Positions 34,594 to 48,965 of a stretch of 64,000 nt of DNA are shown here, in pieces. Below the pieces are notes generated by a model, which was not told the origin of the DNA, ran no database searches, and saw only the letters and a program-made list of their open reading frames with translations. The position numbers and the translations under genes were made by a program. Where the stretch lies: positions 498 through 64,497 of the forward strand of contig JAUIEZ010000008.1 in assembly GCA_030429665.1 (NCBI GenBank), written 5' to 3'. Numbering within the stretch: the stretch's first letter is position 1; every line of letters starts with the position of its first letter. Source of the stretch: Gammaproteobacteria bacterium (GTDB lineage: Bacteria; Pseudomonadota; Gammaproteobacteria; Arenicellales; CAJQKF01).

Positions 34594-34597
<4 letters not shown>
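33851..34597 (-). CDS. Mut7-C RNase domain protein with N-terminal ubiquitin-like (Ub-Mut7C) domain and C-terminal zinc ribbon
   Basis: 248 aa from ATG 34597, the lower part of the composite ORF 33851-36469. FRFYAELNDFL ... VNGESV.FDYRL.DGDRVAVYP is beta-grasp. FILDVNLGKLARRLRMLGFD is PIN-like. CLDCNG...CSACGK is the Zn ribbon. ATGA overlap with the maeB stop. Confidence 0.85.
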
Positions 34598-36894
<2,297 letters not shown>

Positions 36895-37100
36895 GGCGAA
36901 CTCCTCGTGGCTGCTGTCGTAGTTGTTCTCGTGCGGGGCGCCCGCGGTGAACGCACGCCGCTGGTTTCTATGCTATGCCAAAGCGCGAGTTTCGAGAAAC
37001 GCCGCTCTTTCACGATCCGGTTCGTTTCGTACCGGCGCTATACTACGGGCTATTCGCTTCCACGCTATTCCCCGGCAGCCGCCGGCACCGCGCACTCGCC

Positions 37101-38426
37101 ATGATCGAAGCCAAGCCCGCCAGCCGTCGCCTGCTGCACGTCAACGACCGCGACGGCGAGTATCCGCCATCGTACTATGCGGCCACCGCCAATGCTTCGG
37201 CGGCGTACGTGCCGCTCGCGGGGGAGGCGAGCTGCGACGTCGCCGTCATCGGCGCCGGTTACTCGGGCCTGTCCTGCGCGCTGCATCTTGCCGAGCGCGG
37301 ATACGACGTCGTCGTGCTCGACGCCCATCGCGTCGGTTGGGGCGCCTCGGGACGCAACGGCGGCCAGGTAGGCACCGGCCAGCGCATCGAGCAGGACGAG
37401 CTCGAGAAACTGGTGGGCGAGACATTGGCGCGACGGGCCTGGGACATTGCCGGCCAGGCCACGGCGCTGGTAAAGACGCTCGTCGGTCGTCACGGCATCG
37501 CCTGCGACCTGAAGCCCGGCGCGCTGCACGTGAATCATCGCGCGCGTTTCGATCGTCACACGCGGGCCTACGTGGACTTCCTGAACGAGCGATACGACTA
37601 TCGCGAGATTCGATACGTGCCCCCCGACGAGCTCGCCGGCATGCTCGGCGCCCGCGGCTACTCGGGCGGCTGCCTGGATACCGGCGCGGCGCACCTGCAT
37701 CCCTTGAACTACGCGCTCGGCCTGGCCGCGGCAGCGATCGAAAAGGGCGCGCGCATCCACGAGCGCTCCGAGGTGCTCGAGGTGACGCCGGGCAACACGG
37801 TACGGCTGCGCACCGCGTCGGGCAGCCTGCGCGCTCGACACGTCGTCTACGCCTGCAACGGGTATCTCGGCGACCTCGAGCGGCGCGTCGCCACGCGCGT
37901 GATGCCGATCAACAACTTCATCGTCGCCACCGAGCCCCTCGGCGAGGCGCGCGCCCGCGAAATCATCCGCGACGACGTCTGTGTGGCCGACTCGCGTTTC
38001 GTCATCAACTACTACCGGCTGTCCGCCGACCGGCGCCTGCTGTTCGGCGGCGGCGAGAACTACGGTTACCGCTTTCCCCGCGACATCAAGGCGTTCGTGC
38101 GCCGGCCCATGCTCAAGGTCTATCCGCAGCTCGCCGACACGCGCATCGACTACGGTTGGGGAGGCACCCTTGCGATCACGATGTCACGCCTGCCGCACTT
38201 CGAGCGGCTCGACGGCAACCGCCTGTCGATCTCGGGATACTCCGGCTCGGGCGTCGCCATGGCCACCTGCGCCGGCGCCATTGCTGCCGAGGCCGTTGAC
38301 GGTGTCGCCAGCCGCTTCGACGTCATGAACAAGCTGCCGACGCCCGTTTTTCCCGGCGGCTCGCGCCTGCGCAGCCCCTTGCTGGCGCTTGCGATGACGT
38401 GGTTCGCATTGCGTGACCGCTTGTAG
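37101..38426 (+). CDS. FAD-dependent oxidoreductase (gamma-glutamylputrescine oxidase PuuB/OrdL-like, DAO family)
   Basis: Start at MIEAKP (ATG 37101). DVAVIGAGYSGLSCALHLAERGYDVVVLD dinucleotide fold, then GWGASGRNGG. Confidence 0.8.
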   Translation: MIEAKPASRRLLHVNDRDGEYPPSYYAATANASAAYVPLAGEASCDVAVIGAGYSGLSCALHLAERGYDVVVLDAHRVGWGASGRNGGQVGTGQRIEQDELEKLVGETLARRAWDIAGQATALVKTLVGRHGIACDLKPGALHVNHRARFDRHTRAYVDFLNERYDYREIRYVPPDELAGMLGARGYSGGCLDTGAAHLHPLNYALGLAAAAIEKGARIHERSEVLEVTPGNTVRLRTASGSLRARHVVYACNGYLGDLERRVATRVMPINNFIVATEPLGEARAREIIRDDVCVADSRFVINYYRLSADRRLLFGGGENYGYRFPRDIKAFVRRPMLKVYPQLADTRIDYGWGGTLAITMSRLPHFERLDGNRLSISGYSGSGVAMATCAGAIAAEAVDGVASRFDVMNKLPTPVFPGGSRLRSPLLALAMTWFALRDRL

Positions 38427-38460
38427 CGGTGGCGACGAGAAGCTGATCAGGCGAGGCGGC

Positions 38461-39354
38461 CTATCGGCGCAGGCCGTCGGCAAGATACGCCGCGAGGCGT
38501 ACCCCCGCCCGGCGTATGCGCTCGCGCACGATATTCGACGCGTATTGCTGGTACGAACCATTCAGGCGACGCGCGCCCGAAAGCGGCGCGCATCGCTTGC
38601 CGCTTGCGCGACAATACCGGGTGCGCGGGTCGATCGTTACGCGGAGCGACTCGCGCACCCATTCGAGAGGCGTGTCCCGCGACCATCGGCGCCGCTCCCG
38701 CACCGTTACCGACCCGCTCAACGCTTCGGCGAACTTCCACCAGTTCCGATCGTCCACCAGCTTTTTCACCACGCCGCGGTCCCACACCGCGTGCAGATTG
38801 TTCTCATCGTAATAGCCGCCCTCGACGTCGACGGCATTGCCGCCGAAGTCGTCGGCGAAGGCGACGTGCATGGGCTGATGGGCGTCGGCGATCCAGTGCG
38901 CCAGCAGCAGCATCGCCTCGGCGCGCTCGGCGTCGGGCCGGTCGTGGTTGGCGAATACCCGGTAGTGGTGCTCGATACCGGTGAGAACGCAGTCGCCCTG
39001 GCAATGGCCTTTGAGGACCGACGACGCCTCGCGCGGCACGTTGAGGAAATGCCAGCGCTCGAACGTCGCATACCCGCGCCAGTCCAGGGCGCCATCGCGA
39101 GCGAGAATGCGCGCCTTGTCGGCGAACGTGCAACCCGAGGTGAAATAGCGGTAGGTCAAGCCGCGCGGGCCGCGAAACTTCGAGGCGAGCCGATCGACCT
39201 CGGTGCGTTCGTCCTCGTCGAGTTGTATCCAGGCTATCGCGCAGACCAGGCGGTGACCGAGACCGCCCCAGGCTATTGCCGGCGGCGGCGCCGCGGCGAT
39301 CAAGGCGATGAGGCCGAGAATAAACAACGTTCGTTTGCGCACATCCTGTGTCAT
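38461..39354 (-). CDS. Secreted S1/P1-type zinc nuclease
   Basis: Start at MTQDVRK (ATG 39354). Signal peptide ends ...PPAIA|WGGLGH, so Trp is the mature N-terminus as in P1/S1 nucleases. WHF.N, HWIADAHQPMH and LHAVWD are the Zn-ligand motifs. Confidence 0.8.
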   Translation of the reverse strand: MTQDVRKRTLFILGLIALIAAAPPPAIAWGGLGHRLVCAIAWIQLDEDERTEVDRLASKFRGPRGLTYRYFTSGCTFADKARILARDGALDWRGYATFERWHFLNVPREASSVLKGHCQGDCVLTGIEHHYRVFANHDRPDAERAEAMLLLAHWIADAHQPMHVAFADDFGGNAVDVEGGYYDENNLHAVWDRGVVKKLVDDRNWWKFAEALSGSVTVRERRRWSRDTPLEWVRESLRVTIDPRTRYCRASGKRCAPLSGARRLNGSYQQYASNIVRERIRRAGVRLAAYLADGLRR

Positions 39355-39379
39355 GTCCGGATTCCCTTTGGTGGATCGA

Positions 39380-41106
<1,727 letters not shown>

Positions 41107-41110
<4 letters not shown>

Positions 41111-43125
41111 ACCCGGTCTTCCCCCATTGCTTCACGCCGCTGGACCTGGGCTTCGTCACCCTGGCCAACCGGTTCATGATGGGATCCATGCACACCGGTC
41201 TCGAAGAAACCGAGGACGGCTTTCCGCGCATGGCCGCGTTTTATGCCGAGCGGGCCGCCGGCGGCGCGGGCCTGATCGTCAGCGGCGGAGTTTCCCCCAA
41301 TCGCGACGGCATGTTGGGCCTGGGCGCCGGCGAACGCAGCTTCCCCGACTGCCATGCGGAACACCGCGTGATTACCGGCGCGGTTCACGACCACGGGGGC
41401 CGCATCCTGCTGCAGCTACTGCACGCCGGTCGCTACGCCAAGCACGACCATCCCGTCGGACCGTCGGTTGTCCGCTCGCCCATCAATCGCCACGCGCCCC
41501 GGGCGCTCGGCGAGGACGAGGTCGCGCAGACCGTCGAGGACTTCGCCGCCAGCGCGCTGCTGGCGCGCGAGGCGGGTTACGACGGCGTCGAGATCATGGG
41601 ATCGGAGGGTTACCTGCTGTCGCAGTTCCTGTGCGCGCGCACCAACCTTCGCACGGATCGCTACGGCGGCGAATGGAATCATCGCAAGCGCCTGGCGGTC
41701 GACGTGGTGAGGCGCGTGCGCGAGTCGGTCGGCGAGGACTGGATCATCATGTTTCGCATTTCGGTGCTCGATCTGGTCGAGGGCGGCATGACCGCGGCCG
41801 AGGTGATCGACCTGGCGCGCTCGGTGCAGGCCGCCGGCGCCACGCTGCTCGACTCGGGCATCGGCTGGCACGAGGCGCAAGTGCCGACCATCATGGGGCT
41901 CGTTCCCCATGCCGCGTTCGCCTTCGCCACGCGCCGGGTGCGCGATGCGGTCGATATTCCGATCGCCGCCTGCAATCGCATCAACGATCCCGCTACCGCC
42001 GAGGCACTGATCGAGCGCGGCGACGCCGATCTCGTATCCATGGCGCGGCCCTGGCTCGCCGACGCGGCGTTCGCGGCCAAGGCGCGCGATGGTCGCGCCG
42101 AGTCCATCAACACCTGTATCGCCTGCAACCAGGCGTGCCTGGACAAGATCTTCGTCGGCGAGGAGGCGACATGTCTGGTCAACCCGCGCGCCGGCCGCGA
42201 GACGCTGTACGATGCGACGGCGGTTTCCGCGTCGCGTCGCATTGCAGTGGTCGGCGCGGGTCCCGCCGGCCTTGCCTGCGCCACCACGTTGGCCGAGCGT
42301 GGCCATCGCGTCGATCTGTTCGAGACCGAGTCGCGAATCGGAGGACAGTTCAACCTCGCGCGGGTGATTCCGGGCAAGGAAGACTATGGCGAAACGATTC
42401 GCTATTTCGCGAGGCGCGTGGACGACCTGGACAACCTATCGCTGTACGTCGGTCGGCGCGCCACCATGGAGGACTTGTCGCGCGGCTACGACGCGGTGGT
42501 GCTGGCTACCGGCGTGACCCCACGCGAAATCGACATTCCGGGTATCGATCATCCCATGGTCATGAGCTACGCGGAGTTGCTGGGCGGCCGGGCCGCGGGG
42601 GCACGGGTCGCGGTGATCGGCGCCGGCGGCATCGGTTTCGACGTTTGCGAGTTTCTCACCGCGCCGCGTCACGACGGTCGTGCCGTGGAACATTATCTCG
42701 AATCGTGGTCCATCGACGCATCGCCGGACAGTGCCGGCGGCCTCGCCGAACCGCGCGGTGAGGAATCGTCGCGGACCGTTTACCTGCTCAAGCGCAGCAG
42801 TGATCGCTTCGGGCGCACGCTCGGCAAGTCCACCGGGTGGGCGTTGCGCGGCGCCCTGCAGCGGCGCGGGGTCAGCATGATCGCCGGCGTCGAGTACCGG
42901 CGCGTCGATGATGCCGGCATCGAGATCTCGGTGAACGGCGAGCCGCGCCGGTTATCGGTGGATAACGTCGTGGTATGCGCCGGGCAGGAGAGCCTGCGCG
43001 ACCTGTACGAGCCGTTGCGGGCGAACGGGACGCCGACCTACCTCGTCGGCGGGGCCGAGCTCGCCGCGGAGCTGGACGCGCGCCGCGCCATCGAACAGGG
43101 ATTCACGCTCGCGCAGCGCCTGTAG
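41107..43125 (+). CDS. fadH: NADPH-dependent 2,4-dienoyl-CoA reductase (OYE TIM barrel + Fe-S + FAD/NADPH domains)
   Basis: 672 aa. LGFVTLANRFMMGSMHTGLEE, QLLHAGRY, CIACNQACLD and VVGAGPAGLACA. GTG start overlaps the DUF1330 stop (GTGA). Confidence 0.9.
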
Positions 43126-43140
43126 CGCGGCGTCCCGACC

Positions 43141-43584
43141 GTGTCCGTCGAGGAATTGCCGTTGCCGGCGACGCGCCACTTGCCGGGCAGCGGCAGCACG
43201 CCGGATCGCGAGCGGCTCGACGCCGTGACCGCGGTCTGTCCGCTTCGTACCGATCCGTTGGCCTGGTCCGCCAACGCGGCATGGCTGTACGGTTGGCGGT
43301 TGCTCGCCGGCGGGTTCTACTGGGAGGCCCACGAGGCATGGGAGCCGGTCTGGCAACGCTGCGCGCCGAACTCCCGCGAGCGCCTGCTGGTCCAGGCCCT
43401 GATCCAGCTGGCCAATGCGTTGCTCAAGCGACGCCTGGGGCGCGAACGGGCCTGTGTTCGACTTCTCGGCGAGGCGGCGGGGTTGCTCGATGAATTATCC
43501 CGCCGTGGCGGCGCCGGACGAAGCCTGATGGGCGTGGATATCGCGGCGCTTTGTCAGCTGGCCCGGACACTGTGCGCAAAATAA
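43141..43584 (+). CDS. DUF309 domain protein
   Basis: 147 aa. G..L...G.YWEAHEAWE.VW is the DUF309 signature. Confidence 0.75.
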   Translation: MSVEELPLPATRHLPGSGSTPDRERLDAVTAVCPLRTDPLAWSANAAWLYGWRLLAGGFYWEAHEAWEPVWQRCAPNSRERLLVQALIQLANALLKRRLGRERACVRLLGEAAGLLDELSRRGGAGRSLMGVDIAALCQLARTLCAK

Positions 43585-43655
43585 TGCATCTTCCGGTGCG
43601 GTCATCCAGCTAATATGCTTCAAATTCAGCTCCAGGGTGTAATAAACTGCACCGC

Positions 43656-45341
43656 ATGAACAAGATGATCGCCAATCCGGCTGCTACCACCATGAATATC
43701 GATTTCCAGACCGACCCGTCCCGCTACCGCCACTGGCGAGTGGAATACGACGGTTCCGTCGCACGGCTGATCATGGATGTCGATCCCGACGCGACCCTGT
43801 TCGAGGGCTACCAGCTCAAGTTGAACTCCTACGACCTCGGCGTGGATATCGAGTTGTACGACGCGGTGCAACGCCTGCGCTTCGAGCACCCGGAGGTCAA
43901 GGTCGTGCTGCTCTCCTCGGGCAAGGACAAGGTGTTCTGCGCCGGTGCCAACATTCGCATGCTGGGAGGCGCTTCGCACGTTCACAAGGTGAACTTCTGC
44001 AAGTTCACCAACGAAACGCGCAATTCCATGGAGGAGGCCGGCGAGAAATCCGGTCAGCACTATATCGCCGTGGTGTCCGGCGCCTGCGCCGGCGGCGGCT
44101 ACGAGCTCGCGTTGGCCACGGATCACATCATCCTCACCGACGACAGCAGTTCGTCGGTGGCGTTGCCCGAGGTACCGCTGCTGGCGGTGTTGCCGGGCAC
44201 CGGCGGGCTTACCCGGGTCACCGACAAGCGCAAGGTGCGCCGCGATCGCGCCGACATCTTCTGCTCCATCGAGGAAGGTATCAAGGGCCAACGCGCCGCC
44301 GAGTGGCGCCTGGTGGACGAGACCGTGCCGAACTCCAGGCTCGACGAGGTGGTGGCGGAGCGCGCCGCCGAGTACGCCGCGCGATCGGACCGACCCGACG
44401 AGGCGAAGGGTATAGAGCTCACGCCGATCGAGCGCAGGGTCTCCGACGATGGGCTCGAGTACTCCACGGTGGCCGTGAGCATCGACCGCGAGGCGGGCAC
44501 CGCCACCGTCACCCTGCGCGGTCCGGACGCGGACGTGCCCGCCGACGTCGACGCCATGCATGCGCTGGGCGCCGGTTTCTGGCCGCTGCGCCAGGCGCGC
44601 GAGCTCGACGACGCCATCCTGCACCTGCGCCTGAACGAAACGCGCATCGGCGTATTGCTGTTCAAGAGCGAGGGCGACATCGAAGCGGTCATCGCCCACG
44701 ACGACTTCCTCGCCGCCCACGCCGACCACTGGCTGGCGCGCGAGATCCTGCTTTACTGGGGCCGGTTGCTCAAGCGCATCGACCTGACCTCGCGCACCCT
44801 CGTGGCGCTCGTCACCCCGGGCAGTTGCTTTGCCGGGACGCTCGCCGAGGTGGTGTTTGCCTGCGACCGCGCCTTCATGGCCGACGGCGAGTTCGAAGGC
44901 GTCGAGGGAGAGGCCGCGATGATCCTGCACGAGTGCAACTTCGGTCGTTACGCCACGGTCAACGGCATCGGCCGCCTGGCTTCGCGCTTCTACGGCGAGC
45001 CCGAATCGGTGGATGCCGCGCGCGAGCGAACCGGTGACTCGCTGGACGCCTCAACGTGCGAGTCGTTGGGCCTGGTGACCGCCGCCTACGACGATATCGA
45101 CTGGGACGACGAGGTGCGCATCTACCTCGAGGAGCGTACCAGTTTCTCTCCCGACGCCCTCACCGGCATGGAGGCCAACCTGCGCTGCGTCGGGCCCGAG
45201 ACCATGGAGAGCAAGATATTCGGCCGCCTCACCGCGTGGCAGAACTGGATTTTCCAGCGCCCCAACGCGGTGGGCGAAGAAGGCGCCCTGCGCCGCTACG
45301 GCAGCGGCCTGCGCGCCGACTACAACCGCGAGCGCGTGTGA
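43656..45341 (+). CDS. boxC: 2,3-epoxybenzoyl-CoA dihydrolase (benzoyl-CoA-dihydrodiol lyase)
   Basis: 561 aa crotonase-type protein. YRHWRVEYDGSVARL.MDV, KLNSYDLGVDIEL, FCAGANI and GGGYELALA. Adjacent to boxB and boxA. Confidence 0.9.
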   Translation: MNKMIANPAATTMNIDFQTDPSRYRHWRVEYDGSVARLIMDVDPDATLFEGYQLKLNSYDLGVDIELYDAVQRLRFEHPEVKVVLLSSGKDKVFCAGANIRMLGGASHVHKVNFCKFTNETRNSMEEAGEKSGQHYIAVVSGACAGGGYELALATDHIILTDDSSSSVALPEVPLLAVLPGTGGLTRVTDKRKVRRDRADIFCSIEEGIKGQRAAEWRLVDETVPNSRLDEVVAERAAEYAARSDRPDEAKGIELTPIERRVSDDGLEYSTVAVSIDREAGTATVTLRGPDADVPADVDAMHALGAGFWPLRQARELDDAILHLRLNETRIGVLLFKSEGDIEAVIAHDDFLAAHADHWLAREILLYWGRLLKRIDLTSRTLVALVTPGSCFAGTLAEVVFACDRAFMADGEFEGVEGEAAMILHECNFGRYATVNGIGRLASRFYGEPESVDAARERTGDSLDASTCESLGLVTAAYDDIDWDDEVRIYLEERTSFSPDALTGMEANLRCVGPETMESKIFGRLTAWQNWIFQRPNAVGEEGALRRYGSGLRADYNRERV

Positions 45342-45391
45342 CGCGACGTTGTGACGAGATTCACTGCACTTTAGTTTGAGGGCGTATCGCC

Positions 45392-46837
45392 ATGAGTAAC
45401 CTGAACGTCAATTACGATACCTCGATTCCCAATAACGTGGGGCTCGCCGACGACAAGCGCGTGTTGAAAGCGCTGGAGCAATGGCATCCAGGCTACCTCG
45501 ATTGGTGGAAGACCATGGGCCCGGACGGTTTCCAGGAGTCGATGGTTTACCTGCGCACGGCGGTCAGCGTGGATCCCAAGGGATGGGCTCAGTTCGGCTA
45601 CGTGAAGATGCCCGAGTACCGCTGGGGCGTGCTGCTCGCGCCAAAGGAAGAAGGCCGGACCATTGCCTTCGGTAACCACAAGGGCGAGAGCGCGTGGCAG
45701 GAAGTGCCGGGCGAGTATCGCGCCATGCTCAGGCGGCTGATCGTCATCCAGGGTGATACCGAGCCGGCCTCGGTGGAGCAGCAGCGCCATCTAGGCGCCA
45801 CCGCGCCCTCGCTGTACGACATGCGCAACCTGTTCCAGGTCAACGTCGAGGAGGCCCGCCACCTGTGGGCCATGGTCTACCTTCTGCAGAAATACTTCGG
45901 CAAGGACGGCCGAGAGGAGTCGGCCGAACTGTTGCGCCGCCGCTCCGGCGACATGGACAAGCCGCGCATGCTGGGCGCGTTCAACGAGGCCACGCCGGAC
46001 TGGCTGTCGTTCTTCATGTTTACTTACTTCACCGACCGCGACGGCAAGATGCAGCTCGAGAGCCTGGCGCAGTCCGGTTTCGACCCGCTGTCGCGAACCT
46101 GCCGCTTCATGCTCACCGAGGAAGCCCATCACATGTTCGTTGGCGAGTCGGGTATCAGCCGGGTCGTGCAGCGCACGTGCGAGAAGATGAACGAGGCCGG
46201 CATTACCGACCCCTACGACATTGAGGCGGTACGCGCGCTCGGCGTGGTCGACCTCCCCACCATTCAGAAAAAGGCCAACCTGCACTACTCGCTGTCGCTC
46301 GACCTGTTCGGCTCGGAGATCTCCACCAACGCGGCGAACGCGTTCAGCGCCGGGCTCAAGGGTCGCTACAACGAGACCAAGATCGACGACGACCACGTGC
46401 TCACCGATTCCACCTACCCGGTGCTCAAGCTGGTCGACGGCAAGCCCACTCTGGTGGACGAGCCCGCGCTGACCGCCATTAACATGCGCCTGCGGGACGA
46501 CTATTCCGCCGACGCCGGTAAGGGCGTGGAACGCTGGAACAAGGTCATCGCCAAGGCCGGCGTGGACTTCAAGCTCGAACTGCCGCACGTCGCCTTTCAC
46601 CGCGCTATCGGCGAGTTCGGCGGCATCAACGCCACGCCCGACGGCGCGGTGGTCGACGACGCGACCTGGAAGCAGCATCGAGACGAGTGGCTGCCGTCAA
46701 AGGCCGACGGCGACTACATCGCCTCGCTGATGATTCCCTGCCACCGGAAGGGCGAGTACGCCGACTGGATCGCCGCGCCGCGGGTGCCGATCGACAACAA
46801 GCCCGGCGATTTCGAGTTCGTGCAGATCGCCGCGTAG
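45392..46837 (+). CDS. boxB: Benzoyl-CoA 2,3-epoxidase, diiron oxygenase subunit
   Basis: 481 aa. IPNNVGL.DD.RV.KALE.WHPGY.DWW, IQGDTEPASVEQQRHLG and EEARHLW / EEAHHMF diiron motifs. Confidence 0.95.
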   Translation: MSNLNVNYDTSIPNNVGLADDKRVLKALEQWHPGYLDWWKTMGPDGFQESMVYLRTAVSVDPKGWAQFGYVKMPEYRWGVLLAPKEEGRTIAFGNHKGESAWQEVPGEYRAMLRRLIVIQGDTEPASVEQQRHLGATAPSLYDMRNLFQVNVEEARHLWAMVYLLQKYFGKDGREESAELLRRRSGDMDKPRMLGAFNEATPDWLSFFMFTYFTDRDGKMQLESLAQSGFDPLSRTCRFMLTEEAHHMFVGESGISRVVQRTCEKMNEAGITDPYDIEAVRALGVVDLPTIQKKANLHYSLSLDLFGSEISTNAANAFSAGLKGRYNETKIDDDHVLTDSTYPVLKLVDGKPTLVDEPALTAINMRLRDDYSADAGKGVERWNKVIAKAGVDFKLELPHVAFHRAIGEFGGINATPDGAVVDDATWKQHRDEWLPSKADGDYIASLMIPCHRKGEYADWIAAPRVPIDNKPGDFEFVQIAA

Positions 46838-46912
46838 GGCGCGATAATGCAAGGCCGCGGACATGACGCCCGCGGCCGTTGCATCGACTTCGGACACGGT
46901 CCGCCGAATCCC

Positions 46913-48100
46913 ATGACCAAGGCAATTCGCCAACACCTCATCGATCCTGAGATCTGCATCCGCTGCTACACCTGCGAGGATGCCTGTCCCATCGACGCCA
47001 TCACCCACGACGACAACAACGTGGTCGTGGACGCGGGCAAGTGCGACTACACCATGGACTGCATCGCACCCTGTCCAACGGGTGCCATCGACAACTGGCG
47101 CTTCGTCACCGAAGCCTACAGTGTCGAGGAGCAACTGTCGTGGGACGAGTTGCCCGAACAGGAAGATCTCGGCGACGACGAGAGCACGCTTGGCGAGGCG
47201 ATCGAGGACGATATCGGCGCATTGATCGCCACCGCCCATGCCGGCACCGGGGGACGGCCCGTCGCTCCTGCTTCGGCGTCGAATCCGTCCATCAACCTGT
47301 TCAGCCGCGCGCATCCCGCGGTGGCTACCGTGCAGGGCGCCTATCGCATTACCGAGGAGGATGCCGGCAGCGACGTGCGACATATCATTCTCGGCTTCGG
47401 CGAAACGTCGTTCCCGGTACTCGAAGGGCAGAGCGTGGGTATCGTGCCGCCTGGCACGCGCGAAGACGGACGCCCTCACGACATCCGCCTCTACTCGGTC
47501 GCCAGCGCCCGCGACGGGGAAAAGCGCAACGGTAACAACATCGCCCTGACCGTCAAGCGCGAGGACAAGGGACTTTGTTCCAATTACCTTTGTGACTTGC
47601 AGCGCGGGGACAAGGTGAACGTGACGGGACCCTTCGGCAGCACGTTCCTGATGCCGAACGATCCTAACTGCCACGTGATCATGATCTGCACCGGCACCGG
47701 CTCGGCGCCGTTTCGCGCCTTCACCGAGCGCCGCCGCCGCGCCATGCCGGGCGCGGACGGCAAGCTGGTGCTCTACTTCGGCGCGCGCTCACCCGGCGAG
47801 TTGCCGTATTTCGGACCGTTGAAGAAAGTACCGCCGGAGTTGCTCGAACAGCATCTCGTCTATTCGCGACTGCCCAATGCGCCCAAGGAGTACGTGCAGG
47901 ACCGCATGCGAAAGCATGCCGACGACCTCTCCGAACTGCTCTGCTCCGAACAGACCCACATCTTCATCTGCGGTCTGAAGGGCATGGAGAGTGGCGTCGA
48001 CGAGGCCCTCGCCGACATCTGCCGCGCGCATGCGCTTGCGTGGGGTGAGATCAAGCCGACGATGCGCGAGCAGGGACGCTATCACGTCGAGACGTATTGA
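46913..48100 (+). CDS. boxA: Benzoyl-CoA 2,3-epoxidase, reductase subunit (2x[4Fe-4S] ferredoxin + FNR-like)
   Basis: Start at MTKAIRQHLIDPEICIRCYTCEDACP (ATG 46913), with a second cluster CDYTMDCIAPCP. FNR motifs RLYSVAS and MICTGTGSAPFRAF. Confidence 0.9.
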   Translation: MTKAIRQHLIDPEICIRCYTCEDACPIDAITHDDNNVVVDAGKCDYTMDCIAPCPTGAIDNWRFVTEAYSVEEQLSWDELPEQEDLGDDESTLGEAIEDDIGALIATAHAGTGGRPVAPASASNPSINLFSRAHPAVATVQGAYRITEEDAGSDVRHIILGFGETSFPVLEGQSVGIVPPGTREDGRPHDIRLYSVASARDGEKRNGNNIALTVKREDKGLCSNYLCDLQRGDKVNVTGPFGSTFLMPNDPNCHVIMICTGTGSAPFRAFTERRRRAMPGADGKLVLYFGARSPGELPYFGPLKKVPPELLEQHLVYSRLPNAPKEYVQDRMRKHADDLSELLCSEQTHIFICGLKGMESGVDEALADICRAHALAWGEIKPTMREQGRYHVETY

Positions 48101-48142
48101 CGGCTCGAACGAATCGGGGCGGCGGTTTCCGACCCCGACGGC

Positions 48143-48349
48143 TCAGTCCAGCCTGAAACCTATTTTCACCGTCACCTGCCAGTGACCGACCTTGCCGTCG
48201 GCGATGTGGCCGCGCGTTTCAACCACCTCGAACCAGTCCATGTTGTGAACCGAGTCGGCCGCCTTCGATATGGCGTTGCGAATGGCGTCGTCGCTGCCCT
48301 TGGTCGACGACCCGGTGATCTCGATGCTCTTGTAGACGTGCTCCGACAT
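48143..48349 (-). CDS. Dodecin family flavin-binding protein
   Basis: 68 aa from ATG 48349 (GGAGG RBS). MSEHVYKSIEITGSS..S.DDAI.NAI.KA ... W.EV.E.RG.I.DGKV.HWQVT.K.GF is the dodecin pattern. Confidence 0.85.
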   Translation of the reverse strand: MSEHVYKSIEITGSSTKGSDDAIRNAISKAADSVHNMDWFEVVETRGHIADGKVGHWQVTVKIGFRLD

Positions 48350-48410
48350 GGTAGGCCTCCGTTTTCGATTGAAACCCGCAGCGCGGGCCGGCAGACCATG
48401 GTAACAAGGA

Positions 48411-48446
48411 ACAAAAAAAAAGAGCATCCCCGGGGGGCGGGGATGC
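48411..48446 (-). terminator. Rho-independent terminator after the aminotransferase-sirB2 unit
   Basis: Minus strand reads GCATCCCCG-CCCCC-CGGGGATGC followed by TCTTTTTTTTTGT (9-bp perfect stem, T9 tract). Confidence 0.85.
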
Positions 48447-48581
48447 CATGAAATATCGGCCCGCTTCCGTGGGCCGACTCACCCACAGGCAAAGGGTTAG
48501 CTCTCCAATCGACGCAAGCGTAGAACGCTCGGCGTGAAGACGGCGTCAAGAAAACGTGGAAAAATCGTGTTGGCGCCGCTA

Positions 48582-48965
48582 TTAGCCGAACGGCAGCGGG
48601 TTTCGCGCAATCGCGACCGAAACGATATAGGCAAACGTCGCCAGCGCCCCGGCCAGCGCCACGATTCGTACCGCTCGCGTGCGGCCGCGCTTGAGCGCCA
48701 CGGTGCCGAGGACGATGTAGACGACGAGGGCGACGATCTTGGCCGCCACCCAGGCGTGCGTCGTCGGGTACCAGCCGGCCAGGACCACGAGGGTGATCGC
48801 GGATCCCAGCAACAGCGTGTCGACGATGTGAGGCACGATGCGCGTCAGTCGGTGACGGATCAGGGGCGAATCGGTCAGCATCCACGCACCACGCAGGGCG
48901 AAACCGGCCCCGGAAAGGACGACGCACGTCACGTGGACATGCTTGACCAGCAGGTAATCGATCAT
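48582..48965 (-). CDS. SirB2 family inner-membrane protein
   Basis: 127 aa from ATG 48965. 4-TM protein with MIDYLLVKHVHVTCVVLSGAGF.LRG ... P.IVDT.LL.S. ATGA overlap with the upstream aminotransferase stop. Confidence 0.75.
   Translation of the reverse strand: MIDYLLVKHVHVTCVVLSGAGFALRGAWMLTDSPLIRHRLTRIVPHIVDTLLLGSAITLVVLAGWYPTTHAWVAAKIVALVVYIVLGTVALKRGRTRAVRIVALAGALATFAYIVSVAIARNPLPFG

Noticed and set aside
43585-43655. Possible BoxR/BzdR-type operator (TGCA repeats) upstream of boxC
   Set aside because: Two TGCA motifs, each preceded by AATAA (43585-43588 and 43648-43651), and a 6-bp TGCGGT/ACCGCA inverted pair are present. The motifs are short and widely spaced, no boxR gene is in the window, and I cannot verify the operator consensus from memory.
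43626-44930. 434-aa minus-strand ORF
   Set aside because: It is antisense to boxC and has no motifs. GC-driven open frame.
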